From positions 186,001-250,000 of the forward strand of contig NZ_MWQY01000001.1 in NCBI RefSeq assembly GCF_002087085.1: a stretch of 64,000 nucleotides of DNA, read 5' to 3'. The position numbers and the translations under genes are program-made. Below are positions 10,112 through 19,934 of the stretch, piece by piece. The stretch's first letter is position 1; each line of letters opens with the position of its first letter. The notes below the pieces were generated by a model that had not been told where the DNA came from, made no database searches, and saw nothing but the letters and a program-made list of their open reading frames with translations.

Positions 10112-12091
10112 TTACTCCTGCTGAAACCGGTCTGGAAGCGTTGCCGCTTTTTCCGTATCGATCCACCAGGTGTCTATTCCCAGAGCGTATTTCGGGCGGG
10201 TTTCCGGTCTGGAAAACTTGTTCCAGTAGGAAATCCGGAATTTCGACAGGTGCCACTGGGGAATCACATAGTGATTCCAGGTAAGAACCCTGTCCAGGGC
10301 CCTTCCCCAGTAGAGCAGGGCGTCCAGGTCGTTCTGGTTATCGACGATTCCCTCAAGAAGATAATCCACCGCATCATCTTCCACCCCTGCCTGATTATAG
10401 GTTGAATCGATATAGTCGCTGTGCCATCGCAGCAGGAGACCTGAACCGGGAATCGCATTGGCGGCGAAACCCTGGGAGATCATGTCGAAATCCCTGTCAC
10501 GCAATCTGTTCAGGTACTGGGTCGGATCGATAGTTCGAATGTTCAGGGTAATTCCCATCCTCTCCAGGTTCTGCTGCAGAGGGATGATGACCCTCTCTGT
10601 GGAGGGACTGTAATTGATCAGTTCGAATTCCATCGGTTCGCCGGTCTCGACATTGACCAGGCGTCTTACACCCCCCGCTGAATCTCCGCCGAAGAGCCCC
10701 AGGATCCAGGAAAAAATGGCGGAGAAAAAACTCTTTATGCCTCGCCATATTTTTCCAAGAAAACCCGGCTCTTCAGTCTCCTTCTCTTTAGATGAATCCC
10801 CCTCCTGATCCTCCAGGGATTTTTCCGGGGCTGCTACTTCCCGGATTTCCCAGCCCGCCTCTTTTAGAATTTTCAGGGCCTCCCGAATCTGTGGTCGTAT
10901 GTTTCCTGACCCGTCGGTTACCGGAGGATTGTACTCTTCGGTGAAGACCTCTTCAGGGATTTTGTCCCGTATAGGTTCCAGAATTTCCAGTTCCTCCGCC
11001 GAGGGGATTCCCTTCGCTTCGTATTCGGTATTCTGGAAGTAGCTCCGGGTGCGGGTATACTGGCCGTAAAAAAGGTTCGTGTTCATCCATTGAAAATCCA
11101 GGGCGAGGTTCAGGGCCTGCCGTACCCTCCGGTCACTGAAGAAGGGGCGCCGGGTATTGAAAACGAAGGCCTGCATGTTCGCCGGTATCTCGTGAGGAAC
11201 TTCTTCTTTGATGATATATCCCTGGTCGTAATTTGGCCCGCTGTGCAGTGTCGCCCAGTTCTTTGCTATACTTTCCAGGTAAAAATCATACTCCCCCGCC
11301 TTGAAGGCTTCCAGGGCCACGTTCTCGTCACGATAGTAGTCGTAGCGGATGAAATCGAAGTTGAGCCTGCCTCGATTTACCGGGAGGTCTAGTGCCCAAT
11401 AATCCTCGATACGCTTGTATACCACGTACTGGCCCATATTGTAGTCGGAGATCGTGTAAGCCCCGGAGCCCAGGGGGACATCAGTAGTGGGTTCGCTGAA
11501 ATCCCGGTTCTCCCAGTACTGGGGTGGAAGAATGGGGAACGAGGCTAGGTACATTATTTTTTCCCGATCGCCGTCGGGAATGTCAAAACGAACCGTAAGC
11601 TCGTCGATTACCTTTCCGGTAGTACCGGGTATGTAGGTCTGGATGAACTCGACCCCTTCCTCGAGGAATTTCTGGACGGTAAAGACCACATCCTTCGCCC
11701 TGATTGGCCTTCCGTCCTGGAAGCGTGCGGCGGGATTTATGGTAAAAATGACATAGGAGTAGTCGGCGGGATACTCGATTTTTTCGGCAATCAACGGATA
11801 CATGCTGTCGATCTCGTCGTCCGACGAAACCATCAGGGAGTCGTAGATAGTCTCACTGCCTGCGGGTGTATCACCGCGCTGGGCATAGCGGTTGAAACTA
11901 TCGAAGGTCCCGATACTGTGGTAGCGCAGAGTTCCGCCCTTCGGGGCGTCGGGATTGACGTAGTCGAAATGGGTAAAATCGGGGCCGTACTTGGGTTCCC
12001 CGTGCAGGGCGATGGCGTGGCTCACGGTGACCTGGGCGGTCAGGGCCGCCGCCCCGAAAACAAGGATTGCGGCAATAAGAACGTTCCGCAT
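10112..12091 (-). CDS. yejA: Peptide ABC transporter substrate-binding protein (YejA-like)
   Basis: Signal peptide; HAIALHGEPKY..DFTHFDYVNPDAPKGG, RALDRVL and DTWW. Confidence 0.92.
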   Translation of the reverse strand: MRNVLIAAILVFGAAALTAQVTVSHAIALHGEPKYGPDFTHFDYVNPDAPKGGTLRYHSIGTFDSFNRYAQRGDTPAGSETIYDSLMVSSDDEIDSMYPLIAEKIEYPADYSYVIFTINPAARFQDGRPIRAKDVVFTVQKFLEEGVEFIQTYIPGTTGKVIDELTVRFDIPDGDREKIMYLASFPILPPQYWENRDFSEPTTDVPLGSGAYTISDYNMGQYVVYKRIEDYWALDLPVNRGRLNFDFIRYDYYRDENVALEAFKAGEYDFYLESIAKNWATLHSGPNYDQGYIIKEEVPHEIPANMQAFVFNTRRPFFSDRRVRQALNLALDFQWMNTNLFYGQYTRTRSYFQNTEYEAKGIPSAEELEILEPIRDKIPEEVFTEEYNPPVTDGSGNIRPQIREALKILKEAGWEIREVAAPEKSLEDQEGDSSKEKETEEPGFLGKIWRGIKSFFSAIFSWILGLFGGDSAGGVRRLVNVETGEPMEFELINYSPSTERVIIPLQQNLERMGITLNIRTIDPTQYLNRLRDRDFDMISQGFAANAIPGSGLLLRWHSDYIDSTYNQAGVEDDAVDYLLEGIVDNQNDLDALLYWGRALDRVLTWNHYVIPQWHLSKFRISYWNKFSRPETRPKYALGIDTWWIDTEKAATLPDRFQQE

Positions 12092-12158
12092 GGCAATTCC
12101 CCCTATGTTGTACGCAGGCGTTTCTGCGTATCAACATACGGGAATTGTTATGCTGTCG

Positions 12159-13421
12159 TCAATGAGTTCGGCTGCTCCGGCGGCTGTTAATGCTCCGGTC
12201 CCGGCTCTGGCGGCGCTGCTGGCTGCGTTCACGCATCCGCTGGGCCTGGACAATGTGGGGGGGCGGGCCGGCATCCTTTTCCATCCGGAAGCCGTTTATC
12301 TCCTGTACCTCGATCCTGCGCTTCAGGAGCTTCTCGATCCCATCCAGGTAGCCCTTCTCGTCGGCGCTCACCAGGGAGGATGCCAGCCCCGAAGCCCCTG
12401 CCCGGCCTGTCCGGCCGATGCGGTGGACGTAGTCCTCCGGCACGTTGGGCAATTCGTAGTTTATAACGTGGGGCAGATCATCGATATCCAGTCCCCGGGC
12501 TGCAATGTCCGTGGCAACCAGGGTTTGGACATTTCCGGCTTTGAACTCCTTCAGGGCCCTGGTGCGGGCGTTCTGGCTCTTGTTGCCGTGGATAGCCGCA
12601 GAGGGTATCCCGTTCTTGGCCAGATGCTTCGAAAGCCTGTCGGCGCCGTGCTTGGTTCTGGTGAAAACCAGGATGCGGAACCAGTTGTGCTCCTTTATAA
12701 GCTGGGTAATAAGCTCGCTCTTGCGGGCTTTCTCCACAGGATGCACCACGTGGCTTACCGTTTCTGCGGCGGTATTGCGGGGTGTAACCTCCACCGCCAC
12801 GGGGTTGTTCAGGATGGAGTTCGCCAGCTTGCGGACATCGTCGGAATAGGTGGCTGAAAAGAGAAGGTTCTGCCGTTTTACGGGCAGTTCCCGTATAACC
12901 TTGCGGATATCGTTGATAAAGCCCATATCCAGCATCCGGTCCGCCTCGTCCAGCACCAGGGTTTCGATTCGGGAGAGGTCCAGGGTTCCCTGGCCTACAT
13001 GGTCCAGGAGACGTCCCGGGGTAGCCACCAGTATATCGATTCCCCGGCGCAGGGCCTGTATCTGCGGGCCGATGCCGACACCGCCGAAGATGACCGTGGA
13101 ATGGAGGCGCATATTGGCGCCGTAGTCCACAACGCTCTGGTGAACCTGGGCGGCAAGCTCCCTGGTGGGGGTCAGAATCAGCACCCGCGGGGCGCTTCCC
13201 CGTCCGCCGGGCCTGGCAAGGCGCTGCAGCAGGGGCAGAACAAAGGCGGCGGTTTTGCCGGTACCGGTCTGGGCGCCGCCCAGTACATCGTTTCCTTTGA
13301 GGATCAGGGGGATGGCCCGGAACTGGACCGGTGTGGGGCTGCTGTAGCCCTGAGTTTCAACGGCCTTGAGCAGCCGCGTATCCAGACCAAGGGCCTGAAA
13401 GCTTTGAGTTGATTGAGACAT
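12159..13421 (-). CDS. rhlE: DEAD-box RNA helicase (RhlE-like)
   Basis: Q motif, [29 protein letters not shown] and [10 protein letters not shown]; Arg-rich tail. Confidence 0.9.
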   Translation of the reverse strand: MSQSTQSFQALGLDTRLLKAVETQGYSSPTPVQFRAIPLILKGNDVLGGAQTGTGKTAAFVLPLLQRLARPGGRGSAPRVLILTPTRELAAQVHQSVVDYGANMRLHSTVIFGGVGIGPQIQALRRGIDILVATPGRLLDHVGQGTLDLSRIETLVLDEADRMLDMGFINDIRKVIRELPVKRQNLLFSATYSDDVRKLANSILNNPVAVEVTPRNTAAETVSHVVHPVEKARKSELITQLIKEHNWFRILVFTRTKHGADRLSKHLAKNGIPSAAIHGNKSQNARTRALKEFKAGNVQTLVATDIAARGLDIDDLPHVINYELPNVPEDYVHRIGRTGRAGASGLASSLVSADEKGYLDGIEKLLKRRIEVQEINGFRMEKDAGPPPHIVQAQRMRERSQQRRQSRDRSINSRRSSRTH

Positions 13422-13619
13422 CTATGGTTCTCCGTTGTATCCGACGTCGCGGCGCCACGTTTATCATTTTTTTCGTGGGCCGGTCCGGTCGCGGCGGAAG
13501 GATTATCTGCTCGGTAGGTACTTGAAAAGATGGAAATCAGTTACATACAAAGCGCGGCGCCGACCGGGGCGCCGCTCTGTTCATGAGCTTAGCATATTCA
13601 ATGACTGTGTGTACACCCG

Positions 13620-14384
13620 TTACAGATCCAGCTCGATCGAGACCGGACAGTGGTCCGAACCCATCACATCCGCGTGGATAGAGGAGGATTTTACCGCCCC
13701 GGCAAAACCGTCGTTGACGCAGGCGTAGTCGATACGCCAGCCGATGTTCTTCGGCCTGGCTCCGGCACGATAGGACCACCAGGTGTAATTTTCGCCTTCA
13801 CTGGTGAACATCCGGAAGGTGTCGGTAAAACCGTCGGCGGTAAAGCTGTCCATCCAGGCCCGCTCCTCCGGAAGGTAGCCGGGGTTCTTTTCGTTCTGGT
13901 CGGGTCTTGCAAGGTCGATGGGCTTGTGGGCGATATTGTAGTCCCCGACGATGACGACGTTCTCCCCCGCGGCGACCCGTTCTTTCGCGGCTTCATGAAG
14001 GAAAGAGCAGAAATCCAGCTTGTAATCGAGCCTGGCCCCTTCGGGCTGGCTGTTGGGAAAATAGCAGTTGAACAGGGTAAACTTCGGGAAGGTGAGGACC
14101 AGTCCCCGGCCTTCGGAGTCGAACTCCTCCGCCCCCAGGGTATCCACCTTCAGGGGCTCCTCCCTGCTGTAGACTGAGACCCCGCTGTAGCCTTTCTTCT
14201 GAGCGCTGGCCCACAGGGCGGTGTAGCCCGCGGGGGAGATCAGCTCCTCATCCAGCTGTTCCGGCTGGGCCTTGGTCTCCTGCAGGGCGAGGATATCCGG
14301 CTGTATTCCGCCGAACCATTCCATAAGCCCCTTCTTTTGGGCCGCCCGAATACCATTGACGTTCCACGAGTAGATGTTAATCAA
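13620..14384 (-). CDS. xth: Exodeoxyribonuclease III / AP endonuclease
   Basis: SWNVNGIRA, LQETK, GDYNIAH, GWRIDY and SDHCP. Confidence 0.95.
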   Translation of the reverse strand: MINIYSWNVNGIRAAQKKGLMEWFGGIQPDILALQETKAQPEQLDEELISPAGYTALWASAQKKGYSGVSVYSREEPLKVDTLGAEEFDSEGRGLVLTFPKFTLFNCYFPNSQPEGARLDYKLDFCSFLHEAAKERVAAGENVVIVGDYNIAHKPIDLARPDQNEKNPGYLPEERAWMDSFTADGFTDTFRMFTSEGENYTWWSYRAGARPKNIGWRIDYACVNDGFAGAVKSSSIHADVMGSDHCPVSIELDL

Positions 14385-15108
14385 TTTTTTCTCCTGATTC
14401 TCTTTGTGCTTTTTTTATCAGTTTTTCCAGGCTGCCTGCCAGCTTATCCCGGGAAAAGGGTTTTCCATGGCCCGGATAGAAGTGTTCAGCGCCGCTCTGC
14501 AGAAGGTATCGCCAGCTTGTAAGCAGATCTTCCGGATCATCCGCAAAGGGTGGAACCACCGACCAGGGAAGAATGTTGAATGCCGCATCGCCGATGAAGG
14601 CGGCTCCATTCTCCAGCAACAGCGCTATGGACCCTCCTGAATGCCCGGGCATGGGAACGATCCTTCCGGGAATGCCGAAGTCCGACAGGTCCCTCTCGTC
14701 TGTTATAAGAATATCCGGCTGTACTGCTGTGAACTGTTTTCTTCCGGCCAGGATTGTGCCCGCCAGTTTTGATACGGCTTTCGAGTACAATCCGAGACCT
14801 TTGGGAAAGGGGGTTCTGCCGGAAAGCAGATGAGTTTCCTCGTAACGGGAGCAGCATACCGGGGCCCCGCTTGCCTCCCTGAGCGCCGCCAGGGATCCTG
14901 CGTGGTCGTAATGGGCGTGGGTCAGCAGGATAAGAGATATCTTCTTCGGTTCGAGACCTGCTTTGCTTGCGGCGGCCAGTATTTTCTGTTCCGATCCCGG
15001 AATACCCGTATCCACAAGAACCCCGGTATCCCCCGCTTTGATCAGGTAGACATGAGCATGGCCGATGGAAACAGGGTGTATCTCCAGGAAAGGTAAAACG
15101 GGCTGCAA
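14377..15108 (-). CDS. Metallo-beta-lactamase fold hydrolase
   Basis: THAHYDHAG, PGHSGG, FIGDA and PGHG. Start codon uncertain. Confidence 0.88.
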   Translation of the reverse strand: MQPVLPFLEIHPVSIGHAHVYLIKAGDTGVLVDTGIPGSEQKILAAASKAGLEPKKISLILLTHAHYDHAGSLAALREASGAPVCCSRYEETHLLSGRTPFPKGLGLYSKAVSKLAGTILAGRKQFTAVQPDILITDERDLSDFGIPGRIVPMPGHSGGSIALLLENGAAFIGDAAFNILPWSVVPPFADDPEDLLTSWRYLLQSGAEHFYPGHGKPFSRDKLAGSLEKLIKKAQRESGEKID

Positions 15109-15126
15109 AAGGCACTTCTCCTCTGA

Positions 15127-16581
15127 TTAATAGTGGTGTCCAAGAACGATGAAGAGTTCATAATTCTCTCCTCCCCAGTCGCCCTGGTCGATAACCGCCT
15201 TCAAATCGATCCCAAGGGATGTTCTAATATAATATCCCCTGGCGAAAAAGGGAAACCCGATGGCCTCAAGCCCCAGGCCCATCTTGAAGTGCTTATCCGG
15301 ATCAAAGGCCGTATCCTGCTCCTTGACCCATCCGGCGTCGAAGAAGACCGATCCCTGTCCTTCCACAAAATCAGGGATTGTGAAGGCCCTCATGGTCAGA
15401 TCGGTATTGATGAATCCCCCGTATTCCACAGCCTCACCCATCTTCAAATCCCGGATGCCCCGGATATAACTGGCGGCCTCTTCCTCGAACTCGCCGTCGA
15501 ACTCGGCAAAGCCGGCCACCCTGCCGGAAACCATGAAGGGCCAGAAAAGAATCCTGAAGGGAAGGGGATAGAATCCGGAGAGGGAAGCCCTGGCATCCCG
15601 GTTCCAATAGAGGTGCTGCAGGTTCCAGGTGTTGGTGTTCTCGATCCGCAGATCCACTCCCTTTCTGAAGTTCCCGATCCAGTCCACCTGGCCGGCCGTC
15701 AGGAGCTGTCCGTAGCCGATTCCGGGTCCCTCCTTCTCCCGGGATATGGGTTTATCGAACTTGTAATCGATCTCCGTATAGATCCCAGGGGTATAGATGA
15801 ACTGGCCGAAACCGGGAAGGAAGAGGCCGGTGGAGAAATCCTCCGCCAGTTCCAGCCGGGAGGTAATCCAGTTTTTGTCTATATCGGTGCTCTCGTAGTT
15901 GTAACTCTCCCTGAAGCTCAGGGTGGGGGTGTAGTCTTTTATCGGAAGATCGACGCCCACGGAGGTGTAGGACTCAAGATCATGCTCCCCCGCCGTGTAT
16001 TCCCAGTAGGCTGCCGTGTCCCAGTGCCACTGATGCTCCAGCCACTGGAAGGGCAGGATGAACTCCAGCTCCAGACGGTTGTTCGTATCCCCATCCTGGC
16101 GTTCCCAGGCGACATCCAGGGCGAAGCGTTCCAGGGTTCCGAAGAGATTCAGGTCGCGGTACTTGAGAGTCAGGGAAAAACCGTTGTTGGAATCGTACTC
16201 GGGGATAGGGAGCACGATTATGTTCCAGCTGTCCTCGGTGTAGATGTCCAGGCGTACCGGGTAGTGTCCGCCGGTCTTTTCTCCAACTGAGTATTCAATC
16301 CGGGAGCTCTCCTTCAGCTGCCTCAGGTTCAGAAGCAGCTGCCGCTGTTCGGCTATAAAATTCTGCAGCTCGTTTTCGCTCTGAAAGGAGATCCCTGTTC
16401 TCAGGTCGCCGAGCTCCTTCATGAGTGCACCTTTTCGGGTGATTCCATCAATATGATAGTTGATTTCCTCCACCATATATGGGCCTTCGGAACTCCCCGG
16501 TTCCGGGGCCTGGGCGAAAAGGCCGCTGGTAAGGATCAGCAGAAGGGCGATACCAGGATAGAGTCGGAAAGCGGTTCTCAC
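15127..16581 (-). CDS. Outer-membrane beta-barrel protein, probable Omp85/BamA-TamA superfamily with one POTRA-like domain
   Basis: Signal peptide (GLFA|Q); POTRA-like region (I.GITRK..L.KEL); RDLNLFGT barrel start; YIRGIRD (VRGY-like); FFDAG; C-terminal strand ending in Y. Confidence 0.65.
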   Translation of the reverse strand: MRTAFRLYPGIALLLILTSGLFAQAPEPGSSEGPYMVEEINYHIDGITRKGALMKELGDLRTGISFQSENELQNFIAEQRQLLLNLRQLKESSRIEYSVGEKTGGHYPVRLDIYTEDSWNIIVLPIPEYDSNNGFSLTLKYRDLNLFGTLERFALDVAWERQDGDTNNRLELEFILPFQWLEHQWHWDTAAYWEYTAGEHDLESYTSVGVDLPIKDYTPTLSFRESYNYESTDIDKNWITSRLELAEDFSTGLFLPGFGQFIYTPGIYTEIDYKFDKPISREKEGPGIGYGQLLTAGQVDWIGNFRKGVDLRIENTNTWNLQHLYWNRDARASLSGFYPLPFRILFWPFMVSGRVAGFAEFDGEFEEEAASYIRGIRDLKMGEAVEYGGFINTDLTMRAFTIPDFVEGQGSVFFDAGWVKEQDTAFDPDKHFKMGLGLEAIGFPFFARGYYIRTSLGIDLKAVIDQGDWGGENYELFIVLGHHY

Positions 16582-16712
16582 GTACAGCTCCTTGAACAGT
16601 TCATGTCACTATCTATGTACCACAGGAAAGCAAAAAATCACAGTCCGCTCTTTTTTTCCATATTTTTGTATACGGTAAAATCAGGAGGATTTTTCGCCGG
16701 TTTACCCTGTAT

Positions 16713-18092
16713 ATGAAAGAAAAAATGCGTGCCGCTGTCTGCGGGGCGGGAATCGCTCTACTCTGTCTGCTTGTCGGCATGGAGATCCTCTCCTTTATCC
16801 GTGTAAAAAGCACTTTTATCGAACTCGGTGACCTTCTTCATACTCAGCATGGTGAACGCATGAAAGCTGTTCTGAACCTTGAAGAAGCTGTAAGCGCCGG
16901 TTTCGAGTGTACTGCGGAGGCCTTAAACGGGCTTGAGACGATAGAGCGTTCCCTGAGCGAATGCCTGTACGCCATGAACAGACAATTTTCTTCTGATCTT
17001 GCAGCTGTCCGCCGGGGACAGACAGTTCTGGCCGCAGCCCTGAAGGAGACAGACTTCAGGCCACAGGACCCCGGGGATGATCTGTTTGTGCAGTCCCTGT
17101 TCAGAAAGGGGCAGGATAGTTTCGCCGCAGAACGCTACGGAGAAGCCGCGGTCAGCATGTCGGAGGTGCTTTCTCTCGTGCCGGATTTCCATGAAGCGCG
17201 CCTGATCCGTGCCGCAGCGTTTTACCGGGAAAACCCTCTGGACTCCGGACGCCGGGAAGAGATCAGGGCCGATCTTGCTGTGGTCTTAACCAGGGAGCCT
17301 CATAACATCCTTGCCCTGGCGACCATGGGAAGTATTGCCCTTGAGGAACAGGACTGGCCGAGGGCGCGTCGGTACTGTCGGCACCTCATCGAAGTGGATG
17401 ACCGTAATATCGAGGCTGCCCGGATGTTCGTTGTCGCCTGCCGGGGGGAAGGCTGTATCGAGGAGGCTGAAGAAGAGATTACCCTGCTTTTACAGGATGA
17501 TCCGGACAATCCCCGCTACCTGCTGTACCGCGGTGAAGTGCTGGAGAATCAGAAGAAGTATGGCCAGGCCCTTGCTTCCTACGAGGCAGCCTGCAGGCGG
17601 GATCCTGCCTATTTTCCTGCGCTGCTCGGGGCAGCCCGCACGGCCGCAAATTCGGGAAACTACCCCCGTGCCAGGAAGCTTCTCAGCTCTCCTTCGGTTC
17701 CGAAGAATTATGAAACCTGCAGCCTGCTTGGGGAGTGCTGTATAAGGCTGGGCGAGACTGACGATGCAGTAAGCTGGTGGAAAAGGGCGGCTGCCTCCCT
17801 GACACTGAATACACCCGAGGATACAAAAAAGGCTGCGGATTGTTATCTGAAGATTGCCCGGTATTCTTCTGAAGCTGTCGACTTTGAAGGAGCCTTGAGG
17901 GCGGCGGCAAAGGGGCTTCGGCTTTCCGAAAATCCGGAGCTGCACCTGATCAGGGCAAAAGCCCTGCTGGAAACCGGTCGAAAGGACGAGGCACAGGAGG
18001 AACTGTCTCTGGTCTTTCAATCAGAGGAGGACCCTCAGCTGACCGAAGAGGCCCGGGAACTTCTTGAGCGTCTGGCAGGCGAAGATGGGTGA
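16713..18092 (+). CDS. Membrane-anchored tetratricopeptide repeat protein
   Basis: N-terminal hydrophobic helix, coiled-coil-like segment, then TPR-like repeats (YGQALASYEAACRRDPAY, ALLETGRKDEAQEEL). Confidence 0.82.
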   Translation: MKEKMRAAVCGAGIALLCLLVGMEILSFIRVKSTFIELGDLLHTQHGERMKAVLNLEEAVSAGFECTAEALNGLETIERSLSECLYAMNRQFSSDLAAVRRGQTVLAAALKETDFRPQDPGDDLFVQSLFRKGQDSFAAERYGEAAVSMSEVLSLVPDFHEARLIRAAAFYRENPLDSGRREEIRADLAVVLTREPHNILALATMGSIALEEQDWPRARRYCRHLIEVDDRNIEAARMFVVACRGEGCIEEAEEEITLLLQDDPDNPRYLLYRGEVLENQKKYGQALASYEAACRRDPAYFPALLGAARTAANSGNYPRARKLLSSPSVPKNYETCSLLGECCIRLGETDDAVSWWKRAAASLTLNTPEDTKKAADCYLKIARYSSEAVDFEGALRAAAKGLRLSENPELHLIRAKALLETGRKDEAQEELSLVFQSEEDPQLTEEARELLERLAGEDG

Positions 18093-19155
18093 TCCCTTAA
18101 CGCCCCTGCTGTGTCATCGCCTCCGGGGCTTCTGCTGTATTGCCCTGCTCCTCGTGGCGGGAAACCTGGAAGCCCTTGAGATCCATGTCGCTCCTCTGGT
18201 TGTGGAAAGCCTGAATGCGGGACCCGGTCTTCTTAAACAGAAGAATCCCTGTAAAGACCTTGTCCGCCTCCTGCACGACGGCGATCACCAGGGCGCTGTA
18301 TCCGTAACACTCCTTCCGGAGATGAAATACGGCGCTCCCCGCAGTTTTCTGGAAGCCGCTGAATTATGTGAGACCGTCGGTATCGACTATCTGCTGTACG
18401 GCTATATCAGGGAAGAGGAGTACAGCTGGGACTGCGAGATAAAGCTCTACGTCAGGGAAATGAATACAGTGGCAGAACTCTTTTTTTGCCGGGACGCTAC
18501 GGACCACTACGATCGGATGCTGGATGAGCTCAGCAGGAAGATCCTGGACTATTTTTATAGTGACGTGGGCCTTGCTCCTTATACACCGGCACCTGAACCG
18601 GACAGGAAGATCTTCTCCATACCCATCCATCCGGGATACTGGTCCCCCGGAGGAGAAGAGTTGGGAAAGGTGAGTATCGGGATCGGCCGGATAGAGTCGG
18701 GGGTCCTGTTTGTGCCGGTCTCGCCCCTGTGGTACCACGGGGATGTTCCCTGGGAGCTGCAGACCGGAGTCACCCTTTCGTATTCCCTGGCGACAAATGA
18801 CAAGGAGTATGAAAGCTTTCTGCTCCACAGTATGCGGATCAACCTGCCGCTGCTGGCGGCGGCGGAACTCAGGAATGGGCAGAGCATTGTCCTTGGCGGA
18901 GGCGTGAGCATGCAGTTCGACATCCTGAACCAGGACCGCCAGTACTACGGCAGCTACAGCGCCTTCAGTGCCGCCCCTGGAGTCTTTGTGGAGGCAGCTT
19001 ACCGCTACCGGCTGAATGACTCCTGGAAACTCGGACTTCGTACCGCCCTTGAGCTTGCCTTTTTTTCTGTACTTCAGAGCAATGTCGTTACCGGGGTGTA
19101 CGGATTATACGAGTTTGCGCCTCTGGAACCATCAATCGACGGGAGGAATCAATGA
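18085..19155 (+). CDS. Exported protein with a TolB_N/CsgG-like N-domain and a putative small C-terminal beta-barrel
   Basis: Signal-like LLLVAGNLEA|L; AAELCETVGIDYLLYGYI motif; alternating strands VFVEAAYRYRL..SWKLGL and VVTGVYGLYEF. Confidence 0.6.
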   Translation: MGDPLTPLLCHRLRGFCCIALLLVAGNLEALEIHVAPLVVESLNAGPGLLKQKNPCKDLVRLLHDGDHQGAVSVTLLPEMKYGAPRSFLEAAELCETVGIDYLLYGYIREEEYSWDCEIKLYVREMNTVAELFFCRDATDHYDRMLDELSRKILDYFYSDVGLAPYTPAPEPDRKIFSIPIHPGYWSPGGEELGKVSIGIGRIESGVLFVPVSPLWYHGDVPWELQTGVTLSYSLATNDKEYESFLLHSMRINLPLLAAAELRNGQSIVLGGGVSMQFDILNQDRQYYGSYSAFSAAPGVFVEAAYRYRLNDSWKLGLRTALELAFFSVLQSNVVTGVYGLYEFAPLEPSIDGRNQ

Positions 19156-19934
19156 AAAAGGGATGCCTGCTGCTTTGCGTGCTTATTTCGTGTGCCGGTT
19201 GCTCTGATGCTTTGCTGACAGAGATGGACCGTCTTGCCGCTGACCCTGAGGTCGTACCTCCGCGGGTAGAATCCTTCCAGCAGGAGCTGACGGTTTCCGT
19301 CAGCTGGGAGGAGGATGAGGCGGCGGATGAATATGTCCTCCGGCGTGCGGAAGACAGCGCGGGAGTCCTGAGCTACGAAATTTTATACCGGGGATCGGAG
19401 ACCCATTACCGGGACACTGATGTGGAAGATGAGGGACGCTACCTGTATACCCTGGCAAAGAAGAAGGGCAACCGGGAGTTCGGTCCATCCAGTCCGGTGC
19501 TGGGGGTGGGAAACGACTGCATCGGGGATATATGGGAGCCGAATAACACGAAAGAGCAGGCTGCAGGCCTGGAACACGAACTTGCTGCAAACAGTTTCTA
19601 TTACGAGGATGCCGTTACCCACAGTACGGTTCAGGATACCGACTGGTACAAAATAACCATTCCGCCGCGCTGCAGCGCCTCTATCGTGGTGATCCAGTCG
19701 GACCCGATACCGTCTCAGAACTCATCGCATCTGAGTTATCTGGTGGAAGGGACCGGGCCCGCGGAGACCATCGCCAGCGGCGTTTTGTATCCCCTTGAGA
19801 ACACGGGCTTAACGACGGCAAGCTTCCTGTTCTGCATACGCCCCAGGGCGGAGGAGTGTCGGGAAGAACTGACCTTGAGCGGAGGTGCTGTCGTCAAATA
19901 CAGCCTGCGGATCAGCAGGATTGATTTTCTATGA
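19152..19934 (+). CDS. Lipoprotein with FN3-like and PPC-like (EPNN..DxDWY) domains
   Basis: MKK-hydrophobic-CAGC lipobox; VSWE...ADEYVLRR...YRD...YLYT; DIWEPNNTKEQA...DTDWY; ATGA overlaps on both sides. Confidence 0.72.
   Translation: MKKGCLLLCVLISCAGCSDALLTEMDRLAADPEVVPPRVESFQQELTVSVSWEEDEAADEYVLRRAEDSAGVLSYEILYRGSETHYRDTDVEDEGRYLYTLAKKKGNREFGPSSPVLGVGNDCIGDIWEPNNTKEQAAGLEHELAANSFYYEDAVTHSTVQDTDWYKITIPPRCSASIVVIQSDPIPSQNSSHLSYLVEGTGPAETIASGVLYPLENTGLTTASFLFCIRPRAEECREELTLSGGAVVKYSLRISRIDFL

Noticed and set aside
15133..16290. 385-aa plus-strand ORF
   Set aside because: Antisense to the OMP gene, which has a signal peptide and barrel motifs.
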